A DNA stretch of 64,000 bases from Pseudomonadota bacterium (GCA_021777765.1 JAJYDF010000001.1:13151-77150), one strand, 5' to 3'; positions 10,181 through 22,112 are shown, counted from the stretch's first letter. The notes: a model not told the origin generated them from the letters alone. Numbers and translations are program-made.

Positions 10181-11670
10181 AAATTAATACCTCGTGCAAT
10201 TAAAATTAATTTTGTTTTGAGATCAAATAAATGTTTTTCTAAACCGACAGGATAAATATGTGGATTTAAAAAACGCCGGATGGTGGGATGAAATTGTTGT
10301 AATTCATGCAATGTTTTTAACCGCGATTCTGCAATGGGTGGTATCGAATAAATTAACTTTCCGCCACGAAATATCGGCTCTAATAAATCACGGTATTGTA
10401 CACCGGGTGATATTTTTCTTTGATGAGTCATATCTAATGGATCAATGATAGTACAACTATCAGAAATACCAATTTGTTCATCATAAATAGCATCGGCTAA
10501 ACATTGACTATCTGAATAAAATCGTCTGACTTGTAAAATGCCAGGCGTAGTAATTTTTGTAGCCTGTTCCGATAATTTTAATTTGTAAGACCATTCATTT
10601 TTTGCATTTTCTCGTAATGCAGATAATTTATAAACACCATCAAGCGCGGGTTGTTCATAAGCAGTTGCAAGACGCGTACCTACTCCCCAGACATTAATTT
10701 TTGCGCCTTGATCTTTTAAACTGGAAATAATCCGTTCATCTAAATCATTACTACCAACAATGACCGCATCTTTAAATCCCGCTGCATCAAGTAATTTGCG
10801 TGCTTCAATACTGAGATAAGCTAAATCACCAGAATCAAGACGTACACCCATTAAATGATGCCCCGCTTGTTTTAATTTTATGCCTATTTCTATGGCATTT
10901 TTTACACCTTGAATGGTGTTATAGGTGTCCACTAAAAAAATACAATTATCTGGAAATGCATGGGCGTATGCATCGAATGATTCTAATTCTGATGGAAATG
11001 ACATAATCCAACTGTGTGCATGTGTGCCTTGCACGGGAATATTGTAAAGTTTTCCAGCTAATAAATTAGATGTCGCACTACAGCCACCAATATATGCCGC
11101 ACGGCTTGCTGAAATACCACCATCTGGTCCTTGTGCTCGGCGTAAACCAAATTCTAAAACCGGTTCGCCCTGTGCAGCATGACAAATGCGTGATGATTTT
11201 GTTGCAATGAGAGATTGAAAATTAATTATGTTTAATAAAGTGGTTTCTAATATTTGGCATTGTAATAATGGGCCGGTCACGCGAATTAATGGTTGATGTG
11301 GAAAAACAACAGTGCCTTCAGGTATGGCGTCTACATCACATTTAAATCGTAATTTTTTTAAATAATTGAGAAATTCTTTATCAAATAATGGTTGGCCTTT
11401 TGGATTTGTTAATGAATATAAATAATCAACATCATCTTGGGTAAATGATAAATTATCAAGATATTCAATGGCTGTGGCTAAGCCCGCACAAATTGTGTAG
11501 CTACCTTGAAAAGGAGATTTGCGGAAAAATAAATTAAATACAGATTCATTTTCATGTGTACCTGATTTCCAATAACCATATGCCATGGTCATTTGATACA
11601 TATCTGTCATTAAACCTAGAGATGTTTTATATATTTGCTGCAAAGTATTGGTGGACATTGATGCAACCAA
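10177..11670 (-). CDS. pncB: Nicotinate phosphoribosyltransferase PncB (long form)
   Basis: ~497 aa NAPRTase with a TIM-barrel region; operon with pncA. Confidence 0.75.
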   Translation of the reverse strand: MVASMSTNTLQQIYKTSLGLMTDMYQMTMAYGYWKSGTHENESVFNLFFRKSPFQGSYTICAGLATAIEYLDNLSFTQDDVDYLYSLTNPKGQPLFDKEFLNYLKKLRFKCDVDAIPEGTVVFPHQPLIRVTGPLLQCQILETTLLNIINFQSLIATKSSRICHAAQGEPVLEFGLRRAQGPDGGISASRAAYIGGCSATSNLLAGKLYNIPVQGTHAHSWIMSFPSELESFDAYAHAFPDNCIFLVDTYNTIQGVKNAIEIGIKLKQAGHHLMGVRLDSGDLAYLSIEARKLLDAAGFKDAVIVGSNDLDERIISSLKDQGAKINVWGVGTRLATAYEQPALDGVYKLSALRENAKNEWSYKLKLSEQATKITTPGILQVRRFYSDSQCLADAIYDEQIGISDSCTIIDPLDMTHQRKISPGVQYRDLLEPIFRGGKLIYSIPPIAESRLKTLHELQQFHPTIRRFLNPHIYPVGLEKHLFDLKTKLILIARGINL

Positions 11671-11970
11671 AATTGATTGAGGATAATAAATAATTATAAC
11701 TTAAAATATTTTGATGCACAGCCCAATTTTTTCCTTCTCCTTTCAAGGCGGACGCATCTTAAGTTCAGATGTAGCCTGGATGAAAGTAAATGACAAAAAT
11801 AATAAAAATATCAGAACAGGCATATGTAAAGTAATTATTTCATGCGCTGCTGTAATCCGGGGAAGTCAATTTTGAACCCGGGTTTCGCCCTTAGTACTAA
11901 ATGAATAATTGTAATTAATCAAAGTTCGTGTAAATAAATTATAATTTTCATTTGGCTGCGCCCAGACTAC

Positions 11971-12008
11971 GCCTTTGGCACTTTCTCCCGCAAGCGGGGT
12001 ATGGAGAA
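11971..12008. repeat. REP-like palindromic element copy (GCCTTTGGCACTTTCTCCCGCAAGCGGGG...)
   Basis: Shares the CTCCCGCAAGCGGGAG palindrome and GGCAC arm with the copies at 40631, 43479 and 49728. A weaker partial copy lies at 11731-11756. Confidence 0.55.
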
Positions 12009-12015
12009 AAAATAA

Positions 12016-12990
12016 TTATAAATTTTCTCTGGGATTAAATTTAAACGTTTCTGACATCCGTTGATAAAATTCTTTCGCTGATGGGGTATCTGCTGGAGGA
12101 GTATAAATTTGCAATGTAACATATTGGTTGCCAATTGCTTTTGATGGCAAACCTCGACCTTTTAAGCGTAATTTTTGACCTGAATGCGATCCTGCCGGAA
12201 TTTTTAATTCAACTTTTCCGCCCAGAGTAGGCACAGCAATGGTTGTACCCAATGCTGCCTCCCAAGGTGTAATAGGTAAATTTAAATAAACATCGGATCC
12301 TTCTACACGGAAATGGGGATGTTCTGCTAATTCCACATCTAAAATCAGATCTCCTGCTGGCCCACCACTCATTCCCGGCGCGCCCTGACCGCTAAGACGA
12401 ATTTGTTGCCCATGGGTGACGCCTGTCGGTAATTTCACTTTCAAATTTTTTGTTTGAGTATTTCTGCGACCGTATTCATCTGCAGTAGTTATTGGAACTG
12501 TAAGATTTATTGTTGCTCCTTGGTAAGCATCAATTAAGGGAACTGTTATTTTACTGTGTAAATCTTCCCCTTTTTGTGGAGCTGCACGACGTGATTGAAA
12601 AGGAGATCGTTGTTGTTGTCTCCCTGCTCCTGCAAAACCACCACCAAATAATGATTCAAAAAAATCACTGAATTGACCACCACCGAGATCACCAAAATCA
12701 CTGGAATAATAAACATGTTCACCTGGGCCACCAGCACCCCAACCAGGCGGTGGTGTAAATTGTTCACCCGCGCGCCAATTTGCGCCCAGCTGATCAAATC
12801 TTTTGCGTTTTTCAGGATCGCCTAATACTTCATAGGCTTCATTTAATTCTTTCGTTTTTTCTTCAGCGTTTTTTTCTTTGCTGACATCAGGATGATATTT
12901 TCTCACCAATTTACGATAGGCTTTTTTGATTTCATCGGTGCTCGCATCGCGTTTAACGCCTAATACGTCATAATAATTTTTATATTCCAT
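12016..12990 (-). CDS. cbpA: Curved-DNA-binding protein CbpA (DnaJ homolog without the Zn-finger)
   Basis: J-domain 'YYDVLGV...[13 protein letters not shown]' with HPD motif; Gly/Phe-rich linker; DnaJ C-terminal domains; no CxxCxGxG repeats. Confidence 0.75.
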   Translation of the reverse strand: MEYKNYYDVLGVKRDASTDEIKKAYRKLVRKYHPDVSKEKNAEEKTKELNEAYEVLGDPEKRKRFDQLGANWRAGEQFTPPPGWGAGGPGEHVYYSSDFGDLGGGQFSDFFESLFGGGFAGAGRQQQRSPFQSRRAAPQKGEDLHSKITVPLIDAYQGATINLTVPITTADEYGRRNTQTKNLKVKLPTGVTHGQQIRLSGQGAPGMSGGPAGDLILDVELAEHPHFRVEGSDVYLNLPITPWEAALGTTIAVPTLGGKVELKIPAGSHSGQKLRLKGRGLPSKAIGNQYVTLQIYTPPADTPSAKEFYQRMSETFKFNPRENL

Positions 12991-13087
12991 AACATTTACC
13001 CGTTAAAAGAAGTGGGGAAGTAAATGATCAAATAAAAACCCAGCATTTGCAATGACAAATGCTGGGTTATTTTTGCGTGAGAAATGT

Positions 13088-13552
13088 TTATTCTTGAACT
13101 TTAATATCAATTTTACGGGGTTGGCTTTTTTGCACTTTAGGAATAATAATTTCTAATACACCGTGTTTTCCTTTAGCAGTAATGCCTTCTGAATCAGCGG
13201 AATCAGGTAAGCTAAAGCGACGATAAAAAACACCTTCTTCACGTTCGCGTCTGTAAAAATCGACACCTTTTTCCTCTTTTTCGGAATGTTTTTCACCTTT
13301 GATAGTGAGTACACCTTTTTCCATGGTGACTTCAATTTTTGAGGGATCAACACCTGGCACATCTGCCAAAATGACGAAGCGAGTGGGTTCTTCTTTGATG
13401 TCAACATTCGGCAGCCATTGACTGGTTGCAACTTTTGTTGAATCTGTGTCTGTAGTGCGCAGATTTTGTTCAAATATTTTATTCACTTCATCTTGTAATT
13501 GATTAAGTACTGACCAAGGTTGATAACGTATAATTGCCATAATAACCTCCAA
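13088..13552 (-). CDS. Small heat-shock protein, Hsp20/alpha-crystallin family
   Basis: ~150 aa, N-terminal 'WSVLNQLQDEVNKIF'. Preceded by a sigma-32-type promoter. Confidence 0.7.
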   Translation of the reverse strand: MEVIMAIIRYQPWSVLNQLQDEVNKIFEQNLRTTDTDSTKVATSQWLPNVDIKEEPTRFVILADVPGVDPSKIEVTMEKGVLTIKGEKHSEKEEKGVDFYRREREEGVFYRRFSLPDSADSEGITAKGKHGVLEIIIPKVQKSQPRKIDIKVQE

Positions 13553-13580
13553 TAGGAAATAAAATTAAAAAGTTGATTTT

Positions 13581-13610
13581 AAATATAGAGGCTATTTTTT
13601 GGATTTCAAG
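13581..13610 (-). promoter_or_regulatory. Sigma-32-type heat-shock promoter for the Hsp20 gene (CTTGAAA-N14-CTCTATAT on the minus strand)
   Basis: Complement of 13604-13610 is CTTGAAA; complement of 13582-13589 is CTCTATAT. Consensus is CTTGAAA-N13-15-CCCCATNT. Confidence 0.5.
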
Positions 13611-13856
13611 TTGGTTAATTAATAAATTTTAATAAATAGATAAACCCAGAAGAGACAAAGAAAGATGATAATATCAAAACAAATAGTTATTCAATTCACC
13701 ATTTGATTTATATCTGGTATTAAATCTGATTTTTCTACGTAATGACTATTTGACTATCTCATCTTTTTCATACAATCTCCGCAGGAAATTGTAATTTTTT
13801 AAATAACATACTTACGATATAATCGTATAACTATGCTAATTTGATGAGGCCATACT

Positions 13857-14768
13857 ATGCAACGTATTATTGCAGGAGCTACAGGATTAATTGGAAGTGA
13901 ATTAGTGAAATATTGGTTAAATAAAAATTATCAAATTACTGTTATTGGTCGCAGTAAACAAAAAATAATTAATCAGTTTGGTGCTAGTGTTATAGCTTGT
14001 GAATGGCAAGAATTATCTACAGAAACGATTAAAAATGCAGAATTAATAGTCAATCTCGCTGGCGCAAATATTGGTGATAAATTATGGTCAGCTCAACGTA
14101 AAAGTGAAATTATTTCGAGTAGAGTAGAAGCAACCAAAACGATCGCAAATCTTTGTGCTCACTTAGGTCAACAATCTCCTGTATTATTTAATGCCAGTGC
14201 AGTGGGGATTTATCCATTTGGTGAAGAAACATATACAGAAGATGCAACATTAACAACACCTAGCAGTTTTCTAAGTGATATAGCCCAGCAATGGGAACAA
14301 GCAACACTTAATGCAAAGAATAATAATGTGCGCGTTATTAATATGCGTTTCGGCGTTGTGTTAGCAAAACAAGGTGGAGCATTACCAAAAATGGCATTGC
14401 CATTTTATTTTTTCGTGGGTGGAAGAATTGGTAATGGCCAGCAATGGCTATCATGGGTTACTCTTCCAGATATTTGTCATGCTATTGATTTTATTTTTCA
14501 AAATGCTTCATTAAATGGGCCAATTAATTTCGTTGCGCCTCAAACAGTTCGTCAAAATGAATTTGCAGAAATATTAGGAAAAACATTGCATCGACCGAGC
14601 AAATTTCCACTGCCTGAAAAAGTAGTGAATTTAATATTTGGTCAAATGGGCAAAGAGTTATTATTGTCAGGCCAACGAGTGGAGCCTAAAAAATTAATTG
14701 ATCAAGGCTACACATTTTTATATCCCACATTGACGGAAGCGTTGCAAATGATTTATGGGAAGAAATAA
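13857..14768 (+). CDS. NAD-dependent epimerase/dehydratase family protein (YfcH/TIGR01777-like)
   Basis: 'IAGATGLIGSELV' Rossmann N-terminus; ~300 aa; C-terminal DUF1731-like region. Confidence 0.6.
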   Translation: MQRIIAGATGLIGSELVKYWLNKNYQITVIGRSKQKIINQFGASVIACEWQELSTETIKNAELIVNLAGANIGDKLWSAQRKSEIISSRVEATKTIANLCAHLGQQSPVLFNASAVGIYPFGEETYTEDATLTTPSSFLSDIAQQWEQATLNAKNNNVRVINMRFGVVLAKQGGALPKMALPFYFFVGGRIGNGQQWLSWVTLPDICHAIDFIFQNASLNGPINFVAPQTVRQNEFAEILGKTLHRPSKFPLPEKVVNLIFGQMGKELLLSGQRVEPKKLIDQGYTFLYPTLTEALQMIYGKK

Positions 14769-14955
14769 TCTAACTATCCAATGCGGTCATGTTCGTACGA
14801 GATCGATTTGTTAAAAATATTATTAATTTATAAGGATCTAAAAATATGTATTTTTTTCACCAAGTTTTTGAGACAATTTTTGAGAAAAAACATACTCTAT
14901 GATTCAATCATGATGGCTAATAATTTAGATGTAAATCAATAGGGATGGTTAATAA

Positions 14956-17544
14956 ATGCCAATAAAGACAGTAGGTCAGATTTTAGAAATGATTAAACCG
15001 TATATGGGCGGTGGAAAGTATTGTAAATCAAGATATTCTAATTATGCTCGTCTTGTTATTGAGGATAAAATCGATGAGTCTAATGTAAAGCAATTAGGCG
15101 AGGCGTTAGAACAGAATACAAAAAAAATCGATTTAATTTTAGGGGGCGGACACTTCAACATAAAAAATTTAGATAAAAAATTCACTACGGAAGAATTGAA
15201 AGCAATCAAAGAATTAAGTCGGATAATCAAGACAAATCCAAAAATACGATCATTTACTATGGACAAATATTTTTTTGGTGATTTAGGCGCGCAATATTTA
15301 AGTGAGGTTTTAGATAATCCTCAGCTGGTTTCTTTGGGATTTTATTGCTGTGCTATCGGTGACATGGGGGTTCAGGCTATATGCAAAAAATTAAAAAATA
15401 ATAACACTTTAAGACATCTCAATCTTTCAGCTAACCTGATAGGAAATGAAGGAGTAAAAAATTTACTTGAGATGCTAGAAACAAATAGAAGCATCATGTC
15501 ACTTGGTTTAACTTATGCAAAGATATCCAAAGAAAATGTAGCTTATTTAATAGAGGTGCTGGTAAAAAATAAAACACTATTGGCAATTAATTATGATTTT
15601 GCATCTGAGAACATGAGTATTGAACAAGAGCAACGAATTAATGATTTAATTGCGAAAAACTGTAAATTAAGAAATGATTTTATCATGGCAGCAGCTAACA
15701 GTGATACAAAAACAATTGAATTATTATTCCAGCATGGTGTTTCAATTAATTGTGTTGATGTTCAAAGTAAAGTTGGATGGACTGCATTACATTATGCCTC
15801 ATTTAATGGTGATATCAATCTTGTCAAATTTTTAGTAGAAAATGGCGCAGATATTAATTGCCTTACTGACGAATATAATACAGCTTGTGAATTGGCGGAA
15901 GCAAATAAACATTATGACATATCAAACTATCTGGCATTACAAAGTATCAAATTGACGAGTGCTAATTATAATGCTGCTGAAGAATGGTCTCAGTTGGGAG
16001 ACAATTATTTTTTAGGTAATATTTTAATTAAAGATAATATCATAGCGCGAGCATGTTATTTACAAGCGCTTAAAATAGATGAAAATCATGAGCATGCATT
16101 TGCTATCCTGGGATATCTTTATTTAATTCAAAAGAAACTGCTCTTTGATAATACTCGTAAGAATGTGGTAAGCACTTCAATGATTCCTTCAATTTTTACA
16201 GCGAACCAATGGTTTGAGTATGGAAAATTTTGGTATTTGCAGCGCAATTATAAATATGTCAATGCATGCTATATTAATTATTTGTTATTGAAAGAAGAGC
16301 ATCCAAGTCCGCTATTTGATATCGCAAGACATTTGAGTGAAAAAACTATTCAAGCCCAAGAATGCACTGAATATTTTGCGCGAGTTGTCTACGAAAATCA
16401 TTTCGAATCAATAAAGCCCCTCTTGCATAATTGTTATTCAAATATGAGTTTGGCTAATGATTGGTTATGTTTAGCGAGAAGCTTTTTTCTCGAAGGTATA
16501 AAAAATCCATTAAATTATAATTTTGCTCTTGCTTGTTTTGAAATAGCCACTCAAATTGATCCTTGCAATATTGAAGCACTTAATCAGCTGGGCGATATGT
16601 ATGTCAAAAGCGAGGGCATGTGGAAAAATAGAAAAACTGCTAGAGAATATTATGAAAAAGCAGTAAATCTGGGCGATTTAAGCGCATTGGCAAAAATTGT
16701 AAAAATGGATTATGCAATGATTACTACAGCTGAAGAGTGGATAAACATGGGTGATAAATTCCATGATGATATCAATGACAAATTAAATAATGAGAGAGCA
16801 CGTATTTGTTATGAGGAAGCATTAAAACTAGATCCAAATAATTATAAAACTTTAATTAAATTAGGTTTATTGTGTGAAATGAGATTGAATCAAGTATGTG
16901 AAGCTGTTAAATATTACGAGTTAGCAATTAACCATGCTGCTGAAAGCTGGTTTTATCTACTAGACAAATTAATATCTATAGATCCTGTAAAATTATTAGA
17001 AAATTTATCTAATAGATCGAATTTTAGCGCTGACGATTTATTAAAAATTGGTAATTTTTATTACAATTCTTCTAATAAAATAACTCAAAAATATAGTAAA
17101 GCGGCTAAGTGGTTTGAAAAAGCAAGAGAGAAAGGAAGTGCAGAGGCATATAGAATGATTGGAGTGATGAGTGAAAAGGGGCTCAATGATTCTATCAATT
17201 TTGTTGAGGTAGCGAGATTATATCAACAAGCTTTAGAGAAAGGCTGTACAGAGGCGCGGAGTAATTTAGAAAAATTATTTAATAAAGAAGATATTCGATG
17301 TGTTGACGCTCAGGAAATTAGTAAGATGTATCGTGATGGCATAGGTGTTAAATCTGATGTGCAACAAGCTGATAAATGGTATCGGCTGTCTATGCGAAGA
17401 TCTGCTATTTCACATCCTTTAACGATGTTTTTTCATACCACATCTTCTTCAGGAAGTCGATTAGAGAGCGAGCAAGATCCAGCAAGTCTCAATAGTTATA
17501 ATTCTGACCGCAACTGCACACTATTAGATAAGCAAAATCCATAG
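14956..17544 (+). CDS. Multi-domain eukaryotic-like protein: RNase-inhibitor-type LRR, then ankyrin repeats, then multiple Sel1/TPR-like repeats (862 aa)
   Basis: LRR_RI 'LGNEGVKNLLEMLETNRSIMSLGL'; ankyrin 'GWTALHYASFNGDINLVKFLVENGADIN'; Sel1-like 'AAKWFEKAREKGSAEAYRMIGVMSEKG'. Confidence 0.6.
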   Translation: MPIKTVGQILEMIKPYMGGGKYCKSRYSNYARLVIEDKIDESNVKQLGEALEQNTKKIDLILGGGHFNIKNLDKKFTTEELKAIKELSRIIKTNPKIRSFTMDKYFFGDLGAQYLSEVLDNPQLVSLGFYCCAIGDMGVQAICKKLKNNNTLRHLNLSANLIGNEGVKNLLEMLETNRSIMSLGLTYAKISKENVAYLIEVLVKNKTLLAINYDFASENMSIEQEQRINDLIAKNCKLRNDFIMAAANSDTKTIELLFQHGVSINCVDVQSKVGWTALHYASFNGDINLVKFLVENGADINCLTDEYNTACELAEANKHYDISNYLALQSIKLTSANYNAAEEWSQLGDNYFLGNILIKDNIIARACYLQALKIDENHEHAFAILGYLYLIQKKLLFDNTRKNVVSTSMIPSIFTANQWFEYGKFWYLQRNYKYVNACYINYLLLKEEHPSPLFDIARHLSEKTIQAQECTEYFARVVYENHFESIKPLLHNCYSNMSLANDWLCLARSFFLEGIKNPLNYNFALACFEIATQIDPCNIEALNQLGDMYVKSEGMWKNRKTAREYYEKAVNLGDLSALAKIVKMDYAMITTAEEWINMGDKFHDDINDKLNNERARICYEEALKLDPNNYKTLIKLGLLCEMRLNQVCEAVKYYELAINHAAESWFYLLDKLISIDPVKLLENLSNRSNFSADDLLKIGNFYYNSSNKITQKYSKAAKWFEKAREKGSAEAYRMIGVMSEKGLNDSINFVEVARLYQQALEKGCTEARSNLEKLFNKEDIRCVDAQEISKMYRDGIGVKSDVQQADKWYRLSMRRSAISHPLTMFFHTTSSSGSRLESEQDPASLNSYNSDRNCTLLDKQNP

Positions 17545-17659
17545 AAGCTTCTCCCGTAAAGAAAGCACGCAGTATGAAATTAGTGCGCAAGCTAAGTAAA
17601 CATATAAAATATGAAATTAACACTTATACAAGAATATCAATTTTTTAGGGAGATGTTAT

Positions 17660-19261
17660 ATGCTCAACTATAAAGAAGCGCTCGCAAAATTAAAAGCAGA
17701 TCTAGCGGGTGGTGATGAATCTAAAGTAAAAGAATTTATCTGTGGTTTAACTAGTAACAATCATCTAAGTGTTACAGAAAAAATACGTCTACTGTCTGTT
17801 ACTATAAATAACAGTGATAATAATTCAAAAACAATATTAGATATGTTTCCCGCAGTGCGTGAAGATATTGCCTTATTTGCCTATAAGCTAGGTCAAAAAC
17901 TCGAATTAGAAAAAGAAATTCGAAAAGCTAAAAAATTATATTTAGTAGCTGTCATTTTAGGTAATAATTCTGCTCAAGAACAATTTAGCCAAGCTGATTT
18001 ATCATTTCGTAGTTTTCATCGACAAATGCCTTTTCTTTTGCAGGTGGATTTTAGGCGTTTACCACAAAAGTTTGTCATTTTTATTGGTTTCGCAGAGATT
18101 TATTTAGCCATAAATAATATCAATGATTATCTTTATAATCACAGGGAAGATAAAAGTGCTGAACAACGTGCTCGACAACAAGATTTCTTAGAATTACTTG
18201 ATAAAATGTGTCGTGGAGTTTTTGAAAAGTTGAGTGCATTTTTAATCCACATCAATCTGACTGCACGAGAACGTAAATTAAAAGCGACCCAATATTTACC
18301 CTTCTTGACTGGACTTCCTCTTGTAGGCAGTGATTTAGCAAAAATCACAAGAGGTTCTCAAAAGTATCAAGATTTGCGTGAGAATCTTTTTCGTCTTGCC
18401 AGGCAGTATGGAACAGTTGTTTTAGAAACCGCAGCAAAGGTATTTAAAACCTACCTTGATCAACAACAATCGAGCTCATTTGAGTATTTTTTGTTAACAG
18501 AACATGCTGAATTTTTAAAATTGCTGCCTATTTATAGGAAGGTAACCGATTGTAAACGAATAAAGTATTTTACGACTACAGCTACTAATTTATGGAAAAT
18601 GCTCGACTGTCCTGCTCTTATCCCTCCAGTTTGTAAACCTGACACCATTGAAAATTCAGCATATAAGATTTCAGTAGATCTTCCTCGAACAACTTTCTTA
18701 AGCCACCAAGAAAATGATCACCAGCTTTTCGTAGAAAAATGGACCAATGCAAAGTTAAATTACTATTTACAAGGTAATGCCGATGGCGGAGCTTTTGGTG
18801 CTCTACTTTTAAATATTTTTGCATTTGGAGAAATAATTCCTTGGCACCAAATGCCTAGCCTTAGATTTGGTTATTTAAATGATTTTGGTGAAGTGAGTGG
18901 CTTTGCTATTTTCTCCACCAGGTGCCTTGCGGAACAACAAGCTTGGTTTCTGAGCATTATGCATAATGCCAATGCACATCCCGATGAGATACGGGTTCAA
19001 ATATTAACAAACATATCGGCTGAATGTTTACCCAGATTTGATAATGTGCCTACGTTTGAACCTGTGCTCATCACTCAGCTCATGCAACAATTTATTCGAT
19101 CAGATAAGGTTACTGAGTTTGTGCATAACCTATTATCGAATGACGGTGAAATAAATTTACCTTTCTTAGATAATTATAATCGAGCACAAACTTCTCACCC
19201 TAGCTGGGAGAGGGATAAATATATCATCCGCGCTCGAAAATACCCTCATTCAGCTCCATAA
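17660..19261 (+). CDS. Hypothetical protein (533 aa), effector-like
   Basis: Clean ORF; no recognisable domain. Confidence 0.4.
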   Translation: MLNYKEALAKLKADLAGGDESKVKEFICGLTSNNHLSVTEKIRLLSVTINNSDNNSKTILDMFPAVREDIALFAYKLGQKLELEKEIRKAKKLYLVAVILGNNSAQEQFSQADLSFRSFHRQMPFLLQVDFRRLPQKFVIFIGFAEIYLAINNINDYLYNHREDKSAEQRARQQDFLELLDKMCRGVFEKLSAFLIHINLTARERKLKATQYLPFLTGLPLVGSDLAKITRGSQKYQDLRENLFRLARQYGTVVLETAAKVFKTYLDQQQSSSFEYFLLTEHAEFLKLLPIYRKVTDCKRIKYFTTTATNLWKMLDCPALIPPVCKPDTIENSAYKISVDLPRTTFLSHQENDHQLFVEKWTNAKLNYYLQGNADGGAFGALLLNIFAFGEIIPWHQMPSLRFGYLNDFGEVSGFAIFSTRCLAEQQAWFLSIMHNANAHPDEIRVQILTNISAECLPRFDNVPTFEPVLITQLMQQFIRSDKVTEFVHNLLSNDGEINLPFLDNYNRAQTSHPSWERDKYIIRARKYPHSAP

Positions 19262-19396
19262 GGCACCGTAATTTTAATTGATCTTCTATAACATCAGACA
19301 TCTATATATTTGTATAAGAGATCATTTGTTCTGCCCAACCTACGAAAAAATTTTTCCAGATGCTACTGCTTATAGAAGTCAATGGAAAAAGAAATA

Positions 19397-21979
19397 TTAT
19401 GCTTTTGCAAAAGTGATTTCTTTATTTTTCTTTGTGACTTTAATTGTATCACCCGGTAAAAATTGTCCTTCTAATATATCTTTCGCCAGCGGATTTTCCA
19501 CGGTTTGTTGTATTACGCGCTTTAAAGGTCTGGCGCCATAAATCGGATCATAACCCGTAGCCGCTAAATAATCTAAAGCAGAATCATCAATGTCTAATTT
19601 CAAATCACGCTCTAATAAACGTTTTTGTAATTGTTCAATTTGTATATTAGCAATGTTACGAATTTGTGTTTTTTCTAAGGGATGGAATACAACTATTTCA
19701 TCTAAACGATTAATAAATTCAGGACGAAAATGTTGAGATACAACAGTCATTACAGCTTCTTTCATTGCGCCATAATTATTTTCACCCGCCATTTCTTGAA
19801 TCATTTGTGAACCTAAATTGGATGTCATGACAATGACGGTATTGCGAAAATCAACAGTACGGCCATGACCATCGGTTAAGCGACCATCATCTAATACTTG
19901 TAATAAAATATTAAATACATCGTGATGCGCTTTTTCAACTTCATCTAATAAAATTAATGAATAAGGTTTACGACGCACTGTTTCAGTTAAATATCCGCCT
20001 TCTTCATAACCAACATAACCAGGAGGTGCACCAATTAATCGTGCGACGGCATGTTTTTCCATATATTCAGACATATCAATGCGAACCATCGCTTCTTCAG
20101 TATCAAATAAAAATGTCGCTAATGCTTTACATAATTCAGTTTTACCAACGCCAGTGGGCCCTAAAAATAAAAATGATCCAATAGGGCGATTAGGATCAGC
20201 TAATCCTGCGCGTGATCGACGAATAGCATTGGAAACTACTGTGACTGCTTCATCTTGTCCAATAACGCGTTTATGTAATGCATCTTCCATGCGTAATAAT
20301 TTTTCACGTTCACCTTCCAGCATTTTCGATACGGGAATATGGGTCCATTTAGAAACCACTTCAGCAATTTCTTCTTCAGTGACTTTATTGCGTAATAAAT
20401 GTTTTTCTTGTTTTTCTGCCTGAGTTGCATCTTTTAATTGTTTTTCTAATTCTGGAATACGTCCGTATTGCAATTCAGACATTTTAGTTAAATCACCAGA
20501 TCGTCTTGAAATTTCTAAATCTAAACGCGCTTTTTCAAGTTGTTCTTTAATATGTTGTGTGCCTTGTAAAGAAGCTTTTTCTGCTTTCCAAATTTCTTCC
20601 ATATCAGCATATTCTTTGGTTAATTTTTGGATTTCATCTTCCAGTGCTTTTAATCTTTTTAATGAGGCTTCATCGCTTTCTTTTTTTAATGCTTCACGTT
20701 CAATTTTTAATTGAATTATTCTTCTATCTAATCGATCCATTTCTTCAGGCTTTGAATCAATTTCCATACGAATACGACTTCCTGCTTCATCGATTAAATC
20801 AATGGCTTTATCCGGTAAATTTCGATCGGTGATATAGCGATGAGATAAAGTGGCAGCAGCAACAATGGCTGGATCGGTAATAACGACACCATGGTGAATT
20901 TCATAACGTTCTTTTAGGCCACGTAAAATGGCAATAGTGTCTTCAACGCTCGGTTCATCAACTAATACTTTTTGAAATCTTCTTTCTAATGCCGCATCTT
21001 TTTCGATGTATGTGCGAAATTCATCTAACGTGGTTGCGCCGACACAATGTAATTCGCCGCGTGCTAATGCAGGTTTTAACATATTGCCTGCATCAATTGC
21101 GCCTTCTGCTTTACCAGCGCCAACCATGGTGTGAATTTCGTCGATGAATAAAATAATTTGGCCTTCTTGTTTTGCAATATCATTCAGAACTGATTTTAAT
21201 CGTTCTTCAAATTCACCACGGAATTTTGCACCAGCAATCAGCGCGGCCATATCTAATGCCAATAATTTTTTATTTTTTAATCCTTCAGGTACTTCGCCAT
21301 TGACGATTCGTTGTGCTAATCCTTCTACAATTGCTGTTTTACCAACACCAGGTTCACCAATTAATACCGGATTATTTTTTGTTCTTCTTTGTAATACTTG
21401 AATAGTGCGGCGAATTTCATCATCGCGTCCAATAACCGGATCGAGTTTTCCTTGTGCGGCACGTGCGGTGATATCAATGGTAAATTTTTCTAATGCTTGA
21501 CGTTGTTCTTCTGCATTGGGATCAGTCACTTTTTCGCCACCACGAATTTTATTGATGGCTTGTTCAATATTTAATTTAGTGGCGCCGGCTTTTTTCAATA
21601 TCGTGCCTAAATTGCCTTTATCTTCTAAAGCAGCCAACACAAATAATTCGCTAGAAATATATTGATCTTTTTTTTGTTGTGCCAATTTATCGCAAATATT
21701 TAATAATCGATTTAGATCAGGAGAAATGAGAACTTCACCTTGAATGCTTTCTCCTTGTACTTGCGGCAATCGTTGTATTGCTTGTTGTAATTCGGTGTGT
21801 AACAACTCCACATTGACTCGCGCTTGTACTAATAAAGGACGAATAGTTCCGCCTTGTTGGTCCATCAATGCCAGCATCAGGTGAATGGGTTCTATATATT
21901 GATTTTCTTTGCCCACAGCTATGGATTGCGCTGCCGATAACGCATTTTGAAATTTACTGGTAAATCGTTCGATAGACAT
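19397..21979 (-). CDS. clpB: Chaperone ClpB (Hsp100 disaggregase)
   Basis: Two AAA modules '[15 protein letters not shown]' and '[15 protein letters not shown]', middle coiled-coil, 860 aa. Internal antisense ORFs are spurious. Confidence 0.95.
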   Translation of the reverse strand: MSIERFTSKFQNALSAAQSIAVGKENQYIEPIHLMLALMDQQGGTIRPLLVQARVNVELLHTELQQAIQRLPQVQGESIQGEVLISPDLNRLLNICDKLAQQKKDQYISSELFVLAALEDKGNLGTILKKAGATKLNIEQAINKIRGGEKVTDPNAEEQRQALEKFTIDITARAAQGKLDPVIGRDDEIRRTIQVLQRRTKNNPVLIGEPGVGKTAIVEGLAQRIVNGEVPEGLKNKKLLALDMAALIAGAKFRGEFEERLKSVLNDIAKQEGQIILFIDEIHTMVGAGKAEGAIDAGNMLKPALARGELHCVGATTLDEFRTYIEKDAALERRFQKVLVDEPSVEDTIAILRGLKERYEIHHGVVITDPAIVAAATLSHRYITDRNLPDKAIDLIDEAGSRIRMEIDSKPEEMDRLDRRIIQLKIEREALKKESDEASLKRLKALEDEIQKLTKEYADMEEIWKAEKASLQGTQHIKEQLEKARLDLEISRRSGDLTKMSELQYGRIPELEKQLKDATQAEKQEKHLLRNKVTEEEIAEVVSKWTHIPVSKMLEGEREKLLRMEDALHKRVIGQDEAVTVVSNAIRRSRAGLADPNRPIGSFLFLGPTGVGKTELCKALATFLFDTEEAMVRIDMSEYMEKHAVARLIGAPPGYVGYEEGGYLTETVRRKPYSLILLDEVEKAHHDVFNILLQVLDDGRLTDGHGRTVDFRNTVIVMTSNLGSQMIQEMAGENNYGAMKEAVMTVVSQHFRPEFINRLDEIVVFHPLEKTQIRNIANIQIEQLQKRLLERDLKLDIDDSALDYLAATGYDPIYGARPLKRVIQQTVENPLAKDILEGQFLPGDTIKVTKKNKEITFAKA

Positions 21980-22015
21980 ATTTAAATTCCTTTGTGTTGC
22001 CGATATTGCTGGGAA

Positions 22016-22043
22016 TGATGGGGGCTAAGTGGTTTAAATTCAA
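22016..22043 (-). promoter_or_regulatory. Sigma-32-type promoter for clpB (TTGAAT-N14-CCCCATCA on the minus strand)
   Basis: Complement of 22038-22043 is TTGAAT; complement of 22016-22023 is CCCCATCA. Confidence 0.5.
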
Positions 22044-22112
22044 TATTTCTTTAGCATTAATTATTGAAAAATTAGAATATGGTCTATACTTTATTTTTTT
22101 TAAAATCAAGGA

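Noticed and set aside
11671..12015. Possible tRNA or small RNA in the 345-bp pncB-cbpA intergenic region (GC-rich hairpins CCGGG...CCCGG)
   Set aside because: No cloverleaf, anticodon stem or T-loop (GTTCRANYC) could be traced. The GC-rich segments are explained by REP-like repeat copies.
17485..17544. C-terminal 'CTLL' in the LRR-ANK-Sel1 protein as a CaaX prenylation box
   Set aside because: The motif is 6 residues from the C-terminus (…NCTLLDKQNP*), so it is not a terminal CaaX.
19957..21401. Several 60-114-aa ORFs on the + strand and one on the - strand inside clpB
   Set aside because: They are antisense or out-of-frame within a highly conserved full-length clpB, so they are spurious.
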